In this document: positions 34,800 through 45,818 of the stretch, in pieces
Layout of the letters: every line of letters starts with the position of its first letter
Numbering within the stretch: position 1 is the stretch's first letter
Program-made: the position numbers and the translations under genes
Source: Octopus sinensis
Lineage: Eukaryota
Assembly (NCBI RefSeq): GCF_006345805.1
Contig: NW_021835966.1
Location: 1 to 64,000, forward strand
Reading direction: 5' to 3'
Length of the DNA: 64,000 nucleotides
The notes under the pieces: model-generated
Told to the model about the DNA's origin: nothing
The model's database searches: none
Seen by the model: only the letters and a program-made list of their open reading frames with translations

Positions 34800-36369
34800 T
34801 TTGTAGAATTAGAGAATTAGAAGATTGAAATGTATATCGAACACTTATCATTAAACCCATGTTTGATCTTACCGAAGAGGCCATTAATAAAATGCGCTCT
34901 ACTATTCTGGAATTCTGTGTTATTTCTTGAGACATTTAGTAAGACTTCTAGGACTACATTATGAAATCAATACCTGTATTTTATTTTTAAAAAAAGCATG
35001 GTTTGATTTGAGAGATATCTGTTGAAATACTTGTAACAGATATAGCGAATCCCTAATATGTGCCCTGTCGCCTCATCTTCGCTAATAGTTATTCATAAAT
35101 TGTGTCATGCTATAACCACATAAATGGGTGGTACTTTTAAATATTCATCAGAGGAATTTGTTTATGTCAGCTCTTGTTTGGCAGTTAAAATAAATTGACA
35201 TTAGCACTATCAAATTTCTGAATCTACGAGGGTTCCACTGAACCAATTATAGAATATTGAATAATACTCTCGGCGCTTCAGCAAATATATATTAATATGA
35301 GAACTTGGTTATAGATATGAGATAATATCCAGGTTCTGAATGTGCACATAAAATATTATTGTGGATCAACCATCGTTTAAAGCAACGCTTTACGTGAAGG
35401 CTTACAGCATTTTCTTTCCGTATGAAATTACTAATCTCTCTGGATAAATATAATCGACACAAAACAATCATGTAATGGAAATTCTATCACCATTTGCAAG
35501 TTATCTCACTTTTACATTTGACTCTTTCCGGAGGATGTTTGTCGTAAACAGTAACAGTCACCGAAAGGATCTTTATCAGAAAATTATAAAATACCCAGTA
35601 TGATAATTAGAAAATTGATGGCATTACACAAAGATGTATACATACTCGGTAGTTCAACCACTGCATGCATGGATGGCTGCATACGTATATGAACAAAGGT
35701 AGAGATTTTCATTCATGCATATCTACATATAGTCCGCTACGCATATATTGCCCAACATTCAAATAATCAACACAAAAATCAACAACGGGACTCTATATTT
35801 TCTTTCGAACTGCTAGGAATAACAGCCAAGCATTACTCTAATTTCAGCGTCTAGCGAAATGAGACGATCGTGTGCAGCTGTGTGGATGCTGATTGTTTGG
35901 AACGGATAAGTGTTACATTCGGCCTCTTTAGGCAACTGTACATTTTAGCACTGGTGGCAAACACATTTTCACGCGCGCAAGAATATGCAGATAGAAAGAC
36001 AGAGAGAGGGGGAGGGAGTAAGAGGGAGATTAATTGAGAAAACAATTGCTGTAAATAATTACCCTCTCCTCATACACATAATAGAAATATGCACAGGCAC
36101 ATAGAGAGAGAGAGAGAGAGAGAGAGAAGGAGAGAGAGATGACAGGAAGAGAAGGAGAGATGTACGAAAATCTTTGAGGTCAAATAAGTCAGCATTGAAC
36201 GAGCAGCGCCAAAACAACTCTGACGAAGTGTCTCATAGCCCTGTCGGATATACGAGGAGAGAACGTGATAGCTACGTCTGGAAAGACTTTGGTCATACCT
36301 GGACTCCATTATGGAGTGCCAATTGAAATTTTATTCTCATCACATATACATATATGAGCCCCAGTTGTA

Positions 36370-36563
36370 CTAGTTTACTGATCTCACTCCAGGGCTATAC
36401 ACCTGTCATGTTGATGACTGTTTCGGCTACACATCCCTCTCCAATGAGGAGTTAAACCCTTTCGTCTTCTCCATAAGATCTTTTCGCCTCTCTCTCTCAT
36501 AGACACACAACACACACACACACACACACCACACACACACACACCACACACACACAAACACAC

Positions 36564-36625
<62 letters not shown>

Positions 36626-36720
36626 CTTGACTGACCAATCCATCGGGCGTCCATTTGACACCGCTGGTCACAGCACGCTGTCCACTCCTCTCTGGATCGC
36701 GCCTTTCTCATCCACGTGAT
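36370..36720 (+). pseudogene. PLE fragments (RT and GIY-YIG) interrupted by (CA)n(TA)n
   Basis: GLYTCHVDDCFGYTSLSNEELNPF resembles the PLE YxRYIDD..G....EL..F motif; TDQSIGRPFDTAGHS resembles the GIY-YIG PVxRHFxxxGHS motif. Confidence 0.55.
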
Positions 36721-36788
36721 CCCAATCGTCCGCCTGAAATCGTAACTCCACCGTCGTGGTGTTACGATTTCAGGAGGACGATTGGGAT
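36719..36788. repeat. 32-bp-arm fold-back palindrome abutting (TA)n
   Basis: ATCCCAATCGTCCGCCTGAAATCGTAACTCCA-CCGTCG-TGGTGTTACGATTTCAGGAGGACGATTGGGAT (2 mismatches). Confidence 0.9.
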
Positions 36789-36811
36789 ATATATATATAT
36801 ATATATAAATA

Positions 36812-36901
36812 TATGCGACGGGATTCTTTCAGTTTCCGTCTACCAAATTCACTCACAAGGCTTTGTTCGGCAAAGTCTATAGTAGAAGACACTTGCCCAA
36901 G
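36812..36901 (-). mobile_element. SINE family B fragment
   Basis: CGACGGGATTCTTTCAGTTTCCGTCTACC...GACACTTGCCCAAG. Confidence 0.8.
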
Positions 36902-37072
36902 AATATTATGTAGAAGAAGAGGTGACGAGTAAAATTATGCAATGCCATATCAAAAGATATCTCACATTAAGAATTCTGTGTACGTCTCTGATTATATAGG
37001 TATATTCCATTTATGCACATTGGTTGTATCTGCAGTCAATAATTACATGCACATACAGCCTAGGATGGAGTA

Positions 37073-37385
37073 TTGTTGTTGTTGTTATTTAAGCCGTCTC
37101 AAGCTATAGCCGACTCATAACGGCTGGTTTCACGGTTTCTTGGCGTAAAGGTTCCTCACCAGGACGGGACGCCGGTCCATCTCATATGAGCTGCTAGATG
37201 CAGGAGGAAAGAGTGAGAGAAAGTTATGGCGAAAGAGTCAGCAGAAGTTCGCCATCACCTTCTGCCGGAGCCGCGTGGCGCTTAGGTTTTTCGTTCAAAA
37301 ACACACACATCGCCCGGTCTGAGATTCGAACTAGCGAACCCTCGACTGCGTGTCCGTTGCTCTATCCACTAGGCTATGTGCCTCC
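37073..37385 (-). mobile_element. SINE family C (divergent head) with tail type 4 ending (AAC)n
   Basis: GGAGGCACATAGCCTAGTGG...GTTCGAATCTCAGACCGGGCG; tail similar to 20296-20586. Confidence 0.8.
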
Positions 37386-37491
37386 ACTAGTGTGGAGTAG
37401 TTCATTTTTTTTTGAATGAACGGCTAAACAAACAACATATAGCCTGTAGAAGGCATCAATGTGAGGATTAGGAACTCCCGTGTAATTAGCC

Positions 37492-37663
37492 AATTAGTCA
37501 ATTAGTGCACTTAGTTAATTAGTCGTACGTTTGTTGCATTTTCATAGCATGCTTAGCGATATATATGTGTGTGTATACATGCATAATACATACAAACATA
37601 CATACATATATATATATATATGTATACATGCATAATACATACATACATACATACGTATATATA

Positions 37664-37704
<41 letters not shown>

Positions 37705-37807
37705 TATGTATGTATTATGCATGTATACACACACATATATCGCTAAGCATGCTATGAAAATGCAACAAACGTACGACTAATTAACTAAGTGCACTAATTG
37801 ACTAATT
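37492..37807. repeat. Inverted duplication (~110-bp arms) centred on (TA)n
   Basis: AATTAGTCAATTAGTGCAC...GCTTAGCGATATAT and its exact reverse complement; differences only in microsatellite unit counts. Confidence 0.9.
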
Positions 37808-37817
37808 ATATATATAT

Positions 37818-38030
37818 ATAGTTAATCCAAACATGAAAACACAAAGAGAAAACACAACAACGCGAGGACGGGGAACAAATATAGTATTATTGGATGCTCA
37901 GGAAGGAAGAGAAGAAGAAGGATTTAACTTTTCGAGCGGAGCTCTTCGTCAGAAACATAAGAAAATGAAAGATCCAGAGAAGGGAAGACGGAGGAAAAAA
38001 ATCGCCAACGGTACACACGCGGTCACATTT
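37818..38030 (-). mobile_element. PLE pLTR-like cassette P1 with hammerhead-like motif at 37922-37956
   Basis: Minus strand GTTT-CTGACGA-A-GAGC-TCC-GCTC-GAAA-AGT-T-AAAT; flanked by (TA)n. Confidence 0.7.
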
Positions 38031-38071
38031 TGAATACATATGTATATATGTGTGTGGATGTGTGTACATAC

Positions 38072-38158
<87 letters not shown>

Positions 38159-38399
38159 TCTAAACGTCATGCTAATACATTACTTGTGAACGTCCTTTTG
38201 TTGTCCGTGAATTTTATTCGTTTATTTGAATTGACTATGACCAATATAAATATCACATTCTTATCTGTATCGTACAATACGTATTCCACGCTTCTAATTT
38301 TGTTGTAAGTTTGTTTATATACACACACGTGGTTATTACATTTGAATGGCAAAGCACTCAGCCGGGTCTTGGGGGATGTGGGTTCGACTTCCAAAGTTG

Positions 38400-38830
38400 T
38401 TTTTTGACAACTCTTTACACATTGTAAGAGTAATATTACCCATTATTTCTGCCGTTTTAAGGGCAAAGCTGCGTTCGAAAATGTCACCTTCTTGTCTGTA
38501 TCTGTAAATAGAAACAAATTAATGTTTACCTTTTTAATGCACACGCGCGCGTACCTCCGTTTTGGGATCAGCTCTACTTTATTATCTCCCCTTCTTCCTA
38601 GCTCTCCTTGTGACCATTCTGTCCGGCATTCACCATGATAGATCGCTAACAACTACAGATTCTTTATTTTCTCTCCTTGTTTCTTTCTGTGTTCCTTTCT
38701 GTGGAAGAGCGTAGGCTCGAAACGTTAAAGACTTTTTCACTTCCGGAGCGTTACACAAATACATATGTTTCTTGACTACTCCACCCGTCTTCGTCATTTG
38801 CTCTTTTTGCATTTATAGATAGAAGGTCTT
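38400..38830 (+). mobile_element. PLE pLTR-like cassette with hammerhead-like motif at 38695-38730
   Basis: CTTT-CTGTGGA-A-GAGC-GTAG-GCTC-GAAA-CGT-T-AAAG. Confidence 0.55.
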
Positions 38831-38904
38831 ACAGCTGTTTCCAGGATATTTATTAATTATATCCCTTCATCGGAGACGGTGTGAGAGGATGGTTAAGTGT
38901 GTCT

Positions 38905-39100
38905 TCGTGTAAGTGTTTGTCCTTAACCACCGGTGACTTGATGTGCTTACGTCCCCGTAACTTAGTCGTTCGGCCAAGGACACTGATAGAATAACTACCA
39001 GACTTTACAAAATGTAACTCCTGGGACTGATAGTTTGAACTGAACTTGTTCAAGCTAGTACCCTAGCATGGCTGCAGTATAATGACTGAAAAGTGTAAAA
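38905..39100 (+). mobile_element. Divergent SINE family B 3' half
   Basis: CTTACGTCCCCGTAACTTAGTCGTTCGGCC...CCCTAGCATGGCTGCAG. Confidence 0.7.
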
Positions 39101-39465
39101 GACAAAAGAAAGATCGTGCTACGCCTACCTTAGACTTGTTTGAATGGCCTGCATTTGTCAACGCGCTATCTTTATCGTAGCCTGTTGGCATCAGTGTATT
39201 GAAATGGCAATACGTAAAACTTATGAATAGACTTGGATAAAACCTAAGAAATTGTTGTGCCATTGGGACATGTCAGACAAGTAAAATGGTGGAAAACTTA
39301 TGAAATTTTTAAAACAATCTATTTATGAAGATAGGAAAATGTTTATATAATAATTTGGAGTAAACAAGTTCTAATTGTGAATTTATATGAAAACTAAGGA
39401 AATTTAACAAGAATATTTTCTTCGTAGAAATATTACGGCTATTAAATTAGGAGAACAATGTAGAA
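39059..39465 (+). repeat. ~407-bp direct duplication, copy 2
   Basis: See 34393-34799; offset 4666 bp. Confidence 0.9.
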
Positions 39466-39806
39466 AGACAGGTCGTGACGAGAAGTTAGCAGTGTAGAAT
39501 GGCGTTTAACTTTTACAAAGATAGGAATATATTTATTCAGTATTTTGGAGTTAACAAACTATAATCGTGATATTACATGAAAATATATTAAATATATCTA
39601 TGTAGCATGAGATATTAACCTTAAGCAATATAGATTCAGTTCAAACAAGAATAAAGAAAGGTAATTCGTTAGGAGTAGACAGCGGCGTGGTCTGACATTT
39701 CAGTTGGACAATGAATTTGTGAGAGTCACGAATTGATTCGGAAGAGTTGAGGAGTTTGTTTACCACTTGGTCAACCTTTAATTTTTAAAAAATCGTGTGG
39801 TTATTT

Positions 39807-39982
39807 TAGGTGTAGGCGTGCGTGTCTTCTCTGTGATGAGAAATATAGTTCCCAAGGATGTGATTTTGCGCTCAGTCCCACTGCACGGCAGCTTGGGAGA
39901 GCGCATTTTGCTATAGGTCCGGGTCGACCAAAGTCTTGTAAGTATATTTCGCTAACGGAAACTGAAAGGAGTCCGTCGTATA
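39807..39982 (+). mobile_element. Divergent SINE family B 5' half
   Basis: CTCAGTCCCACTGCACGGCAGCTTGGG...CGGAAACTGAAAGGAGTCCGTCG, then (TATC)n. Confidence 0.65.
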
Positions 39983-39983
39983 G

Positions 39984-40033
<50 letters not shown>

Positions 40034-40097
40034 GTCTGTCTGTCTGTCTGTATGCCTGTCTACCTGTCTACCTGTCTGTCTGTCTGTCTGTCTATCT

Positions 40098-40238
40098 ATA
40101 TTATATAGAGGGCATTACTATACATAAATGCCACACGCTAGGAGGGACTCTTAAAGTCAAAACTACCAAAGTAAAGACATCTACCGAATGCGAAGGAATG
40201 CAACTCTCGAAGCGAGTCATTTGAAAACAGAATTCAGC
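40098..40238 (+). repeat. Duplicate of the start of the R4/Dong ORF region (second copy 40602-40752)
   Basis: TATAGAGGGCATTACTxTACATAAATGCCACACGCTAGGAGGGACTCTTAAAGTCAAAACTACCAAA present twice. Confidence 0.85.
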
Positions 40239-40601
40239 AGCAAATCGCATAATTTCATAATTAGTGCAGAATGCACTTTTTAATCTTCAGTGCTAGATTA
40301 ATTCAAGATTTATAACGAACGAACAAAAATCAACATACCTGACGAACAACCAATGTATCCAACGTAGTGTATAAAAATGTTCCCCCTTTATTATGCATCT
40401 ATGTAAATGGTGGGCTTTTTCGAATTGCATTTCGGTAACAACGTGTTTATTTCGGAATAAAAATTCAGTACTGAATATAATCCGGTTCAATTTACAATTT
40501 AAAAATAGGATAAAATCTTTATAAGAATTTATCAAGTAGTTAGCGTGAAAAAACCTCATGAGAGAAAAGATCCACCAATTTTTCTCTTAAATATATTTAT
40601 T

Positions 40602-42120
40602 TATATTATATAGAGGGCATTACTCTACATAAATGCCACACGCTAGGAGGGACTCTTAAAGTCAAAACTACCAAAATAAATAAATAAACACATTGTATCA
40701 AATACGAGGGAATGCGATTCTCGAAGCTAGCCATTTAAAAACAGAATTCAGCTCCATACCTACTTAAATGGAGACAGCAACACCTGATGTAAGACCCCAC
40801 ATAGACAGTAACAAACTTGCCAACGTCAGGAGAAACATTATGAAAAAGACACTACTAACTGAGTTATAGATTGACCAAATTAAACAATAACAATAAGCTA
40901 GGTATAAAAGGAACGAAGTTGCAGCTAAAGAAGATACTACAATGAAAATGCTATAATGATTGAAAGAGTTAATGTAACTGATAATCAAAGCGAAATACTC
41001 TCAGAACTAACCATAAACACTAAGGCAGATGAAAATTCAATTGATGAAGGGCGTCACATGGAAATTGACCCAACAGAACTAGATGATTTAAACAATTATA
41101 TCATGACTGAATGGCTGAAAATTAAAGAAACCAGCATGAACGAACGTGACACTCCCAAATATTCACAATTCTAACCTTAACCTGAATGTAATTGGTAAAA
41201 TCCGGCTTGCAATTAAGGATATAATTTCTGCTAATGAAGTTGATATTACAGTTCTCAACCACCTGTATTATACATCCGCAGAAATCTTAACGATTCCATA
41301 TGGTGATTCTATGTAGAATATCCGTGGACTTAGACTCCTTAAATGAGCAAAATTGGGTTAGTGTCAATGTAGAGGATGTAAGATCTGCTCTCAGCAGATT
41401 AAGCAAATTGAAGTCTCTAGGAAAGGATAAAATTACTACCTTGTGTTTGAATGCCTTCCCAGAGAGCTATGAACTGCTAACAAAACTTTACAACAATATT
41501 TTGCAACAACTTAGTATGATTCCATCTTGGCCACTTAATGGTGTAACATTTCTACTTCCAAAAAAGGAAGAAATGAAGGAACCAAAAGAAATATAACCAG
41601 CTTAACAACAATGTATAAAATGCTAACATCTGACTTGATTAAATATACCTATAGTCTTTCTTAATAGAAAGTAGCATATTCTCAAAGGAGCAAAAAGGAT
41701 GTCAACGTGGGTCCTATGGTTGTAAAGATCAGCTACTCATCAATGAGAATATCTTGGAAGATTGGCACAAACGACACAAAAACTTGTCGATAGCCTGGAC
41801 AGACTATAAACATATCTTTTGATACGTTACCACTTGGCTGGATTAAGAAATGTTTGGAAATGTATAAAACAGCACCTACTCTGCGAAACGTCTTGTCTGT
41901 AAGTATTAGATCATGGAGAACCACAATAACTTTGGACAGGACAACGAATCTCTTAATGCCGGAGTTGTACGAATTTCTAGTGGCATTTTCCAGGGTGACT
42001 TTTTATCGCCACTCCTCTTTTGTCTAGCCTTAATACCTCTCTCGAAATGATGTACAATACGGCTATAAAATATTTTATAAAAATATAAATCATCTCAGTT
42101 ACACGGATGATTTAAAGCTT
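40602..42120 (+). pseudogene. Decayed R4/Dong-clade LINE ORF (N-terminus to RT motif YxDD)
   Basis: DSNKLANVRRNIM; TFLLPKK; EQKGCQRGSYGCKDQLLINENILED...LSIAWTDYK; GIFQGDFLSPLLFCLAL; YTDDLKL; multiple stops and frameshifts. Confidence 0.9.
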
Positions 42121-42519
42121 GTCCTTAACGAGTTGAGTATGCCCCTTTGTGGCTGACGATATGTGCATCTCTGACCACGTGCAGAAATAGTGGGGACCAT
42201 CATAACCATGTGTTGAGAGGAATTCGTTGGGATGTGGGTAATTCCTCACTGGCAACATGGTTGTTTCGTTCAACATCCTTAAATACCCCTTAACAACCTT
42301 TTGAGTGGGATGGGCTACTCGATCTGTAGAAAATTATGACTGTGCCCCTTCTGCAAGGTCATTCGCTGTTTATCTTGATATGAAATCACCATGTCGCGCA
42401 CATATGGTTGTGATGCGTATGCCTCGTGTACCCTTAACAGACAGGTAGTCATGATGGGTATAATAATCTTCCTATCCTTTGCCTCAGTGTCAATTTTATG
42501 GCATGCAGTGCTCTCTCAT

Positions 42520-42520
<1 letters not shown>
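42121..42520 (+). mobile_element. Element X (5'-truncated) joined directly to the Dong RT
   Basis: Homologous to 22366-22796; ends CATGCAGTGCTCTCTCATTT(AAT)n. Confidence 0.8.
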
Positions 42521-42586
<66 letters not shown>

Positions 42587-42900
42587 GCAAAAAGGGCTGA
42601 TTGCTAACTAACTCAGATACCAGGAAACCCAAAAATGGCAGAAATTCAAAAGATAGTGCTCATGGGAACTGCTCATATCCTACGCAAAATACTTTCTATG
42701 TAATCTCAAGTTATAATACAAAGTTATAATCTTTGTATGGTTTTTTTAGACATTCACTAGTACTACACTAAGTACAAAACCAAATATATGGACTCCTAGG
42801 CATAACAACAACATGACCTTCCAACCTGTTGTCTCTTGAGGTCTCTGGGTGAGACTTGGAGCCAGCTTGTGCAAATGTAAAATGCTAAAGTCAAACATAG
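42587..42900 (+). mobile_element. R4/Dong LINE extreme 3' end between (AAT)n tracts
   Basis: Homologous to 23225-23529 (GNPKMAEIQKIVLMGTAHIL plus 3' UTR). Confidence 0.9.
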
Positions 42901-43454
42901 AGTAATAATAATAATAAACACAAACACAACCACATACACCCACACGCCCACACATATATATCCATAAATACAATGTCATGAATATCTATTTATGAAGAGA
43001 AACATATGTGGGGTGTTACGCTAGTATTTCAGGGGTTAGCGTAATACTGAGAGTCGCCATTGTTTGCACGTTTTGTCCTTGTTTTCTAAATCTGATTATA
43101 TATTTTATTTTACTTTAACGCATTAAATGTTTCCCCCATTAATTCCAATTTATCTTTCAGAATAAATAAATAATAAATGATGTTAAATAAAATAAAACCA
43201 TTTATAATAAATTTCGTTTTGTCTCTCTTCACACTAAGGTTATTCAGAATATATTTACCTAAAAGTAAATCACAAAATTCCTCTAGTGATATTTATTTTA
43301 CAAGTAATAAAATGTTGTATTTGTTAGAAATATTTTAAATTTGTAAATAATTCCCATTAATCACGTATAAGTGACATCAATACAAAACGGCCAATTTTTA
43401 GTAGAAATATTACTCATGGGATATATTTTTGTACTTTTCTTTGTGGTTTAATAT

Positions 43455-44050
43455 ATATTTCTTTACTACCCACAAGGGGCTAAACATAGAGGGGACAAAC
43501 AAGGACAGACAAATGGATTAAGTTGATTACATCGACACCCAGTGCGAAACTCGTACTTTATTTATCGACCCAGAAAGAATGAAAGGCAAAGTCGACATCG
43601 GCGGAATTTGAACTCAGAACGTAACGACAGACGAAATACCTATTTCTTTACTACCCACAAGGGGCTAAACGCAGAGAGAACAAATAAGGACAGACAAACG
43701 GATTAAGTCGATTACATTGCCTCCAGTGTGTAACTGGTACTTATTTAATAGACCTCGAAAGGATGAAAGGCAAAGTCAACCTCGGCGGAATTTGAACTCA
43801 GAACGTGATAGCAGACGAAATACGTATTTCTTTACTACCCACAAGGGGCTAAACACAGAGAGGACAAACAAGGACAGACATGGGTATTAAGTCGATTACA
43901 TCGACCCCAGTGCATAACTGGTACTTAATTTATCGATCCCGAAAGGATGAAAGGCAAAGTCGACCTCGGCGGAATTTGAACTCAGAACGTAACGGCAGAC
44001 GACATTCCGCTAAGCATTTCGCCCGACGTGCTAACGTTTCTGCCAGCTCA
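43455..44050 (-). mobile_element. SINE family A, tandem trimer
   Basis: One full-head unit and two head-truncated units joined at GACGAAATAC(C/G)-TATTTCTTTAC. Confidence 0.9.
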
Positions 44051-44859
44051 ATAATACCATCACAGAATGTTCCACCTTTAAAGACAACGACATTTTGATC
44101 ACCTCAAGATAAAAACGCACAGTAATCGAATATATCACGTTTCTATAAATGGGTTACATAATATAAATGATCACTGCTAGATGTTAGAACATAGAACATA
44201 TCAAGGTTCAGACATAGGAAACGAATATAGGAGGTTAGCAAGCTTTTTACAAGGCTTGATACTTAGAAAGGAAAGAATGAGAGAAGTAAGGGTGAATTTG
44301 TAAATTTGTTGTTCAACGTTGAAATCGATTTGCAGTGCTTTAAGCTGTAGATAACGATGAAGATATTAATAGCCTATGGGAGTTTTTGAAGAAAGTATTC
44401 GTGAACGTAGCCAAAGGCACTCTACTCCTAATACGGATGAAAAGAAGAAAATGGATTTTGCAGAATACATGAGAAATTATTCAGGTATGAATAGAACAAG
44501 AACGAATTATTGGATGTAGAACGAAATAAGTTAGATTTCAAGTAGAAAAGCTGAGTAAATATTGCAGTTTCAACCGAGCAGCAAAAAAGTGTGTTCAAGA
44601 AAAGTTACAAAAAATTCTCGGAAGGAAAAGCTGATGGAGGTGATAAATTACTCCATGCCGTAAACACTGTAAGAAATGGAAAACGCTTATACAATAATGA
44701 TAATAGAAGTAAATTAAGAGAGTTCAACATGACCATCGGAGATTACTATCTCTGTAGAAAAGTGGGGCTGGCTAATAACTACTGATATGATCACCTGAGA
44801 AAGAAGGAATAAAGTGATGTGAAACAGTCATATGCAAAATGGTTAATGTAAGAAATATA

Positions 44860-45091
44860 TATTTCTTTACTACCCACAAGGGGCTAAACAGAGAGGGGAC
44901 AAACAAGGACAGACAAAGGGATTGAATCGATTCCATCGATCCCAGTGCATAACTGGTACTTAATTTATCGACCCCGAAAGGATGAAAGGCAAAGTCGACC
45001 TCGGTGGAATTTGAACCCAGAACGTAGCGGCAGACGAAATACGGCTACGCATTTCGCCCGGCGTGCTAACGTTTCTGCCAGCTCGCCGCCT
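44860..45091 (-). mobile_element. SINE family A monomer with 17-bp TSD
   Basis: TSD TTAATGTAAGAAATATA at 44843-44859 and 45092-45108. Confidence 0.95.
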
Positions 45092-45369
45092 TTAATGTAA
45101 GAAATATAACTCTTGAAAGTCAGACGGAACTGGATGTTAGCTGCATAGGAAATATCTATTGCGGATGTAGGAAAAGCCATTAAGCAAATAGAAAACGAAA
45201 GGTTCATGGATTAGGAAAAGCAAAAGAATTGATAAAAGACAGGTAAGCAAAATAATCGCAACATGTGGAACAGGTAGCAAATAGCCGAATATTTAAAGGG
45301 CGGTGTAGTGAATAGGGTACCACAAAAAAGTTAAATCTCCGAGAGAATATAAGCTAGGAAGTGTTTGTG

Positions 45370-45818
45370 GGATCTTTTCGGTTTGAACGGCTGTTTTTTC
45401 CAGCGGTGTCATATGAAATTGTCACCCATAATTATGACCCTAGTATCGATCTATTGCATTTCTATCTGTTTTAGTGTTAGAGTTAGAGTTAGGGTTAGTT
45501 AGGGTTAGGGTTAGGGGTGGGGGGAAGGGTATCTTTTTTTCTTCACAAATGTAAATAAACCCAATCTGTTTCTTAAACGAGGGACATATTCATACGGCAT
45601 AGAATGTTTTTTTTTACCTCAATAGACGTAATTGATTGGTTGAATTTGCAGAAATTGAAGAAAAACAAACAACAAATACCTTACAAACCATAGAATTTTC
45701 TCAATAAAGCCAAGAGAAAAAGATGTTTCATAAACACATTCTACCAGTATACGAAGTTTAAAATTTTTTAGTTACCTAGAAATTATGTTAAAAAGTGGCC
45801 TTCAAATCGAAAAGATCC
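45370..45818 (+). mobile_element. Non-autonomous TIR element (MULE-like MITE), copy 2, with internal TTAGGG-like repeats
   Basis: TIRs GGATCTTTTCGGTTTGAACGG / CCTTCAAATCGAAAAGATCC; 9-bp TSD GTGTTTGTG (45361-45369) and GTGTATGTG (45819-45827). Confidence 0.8.
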
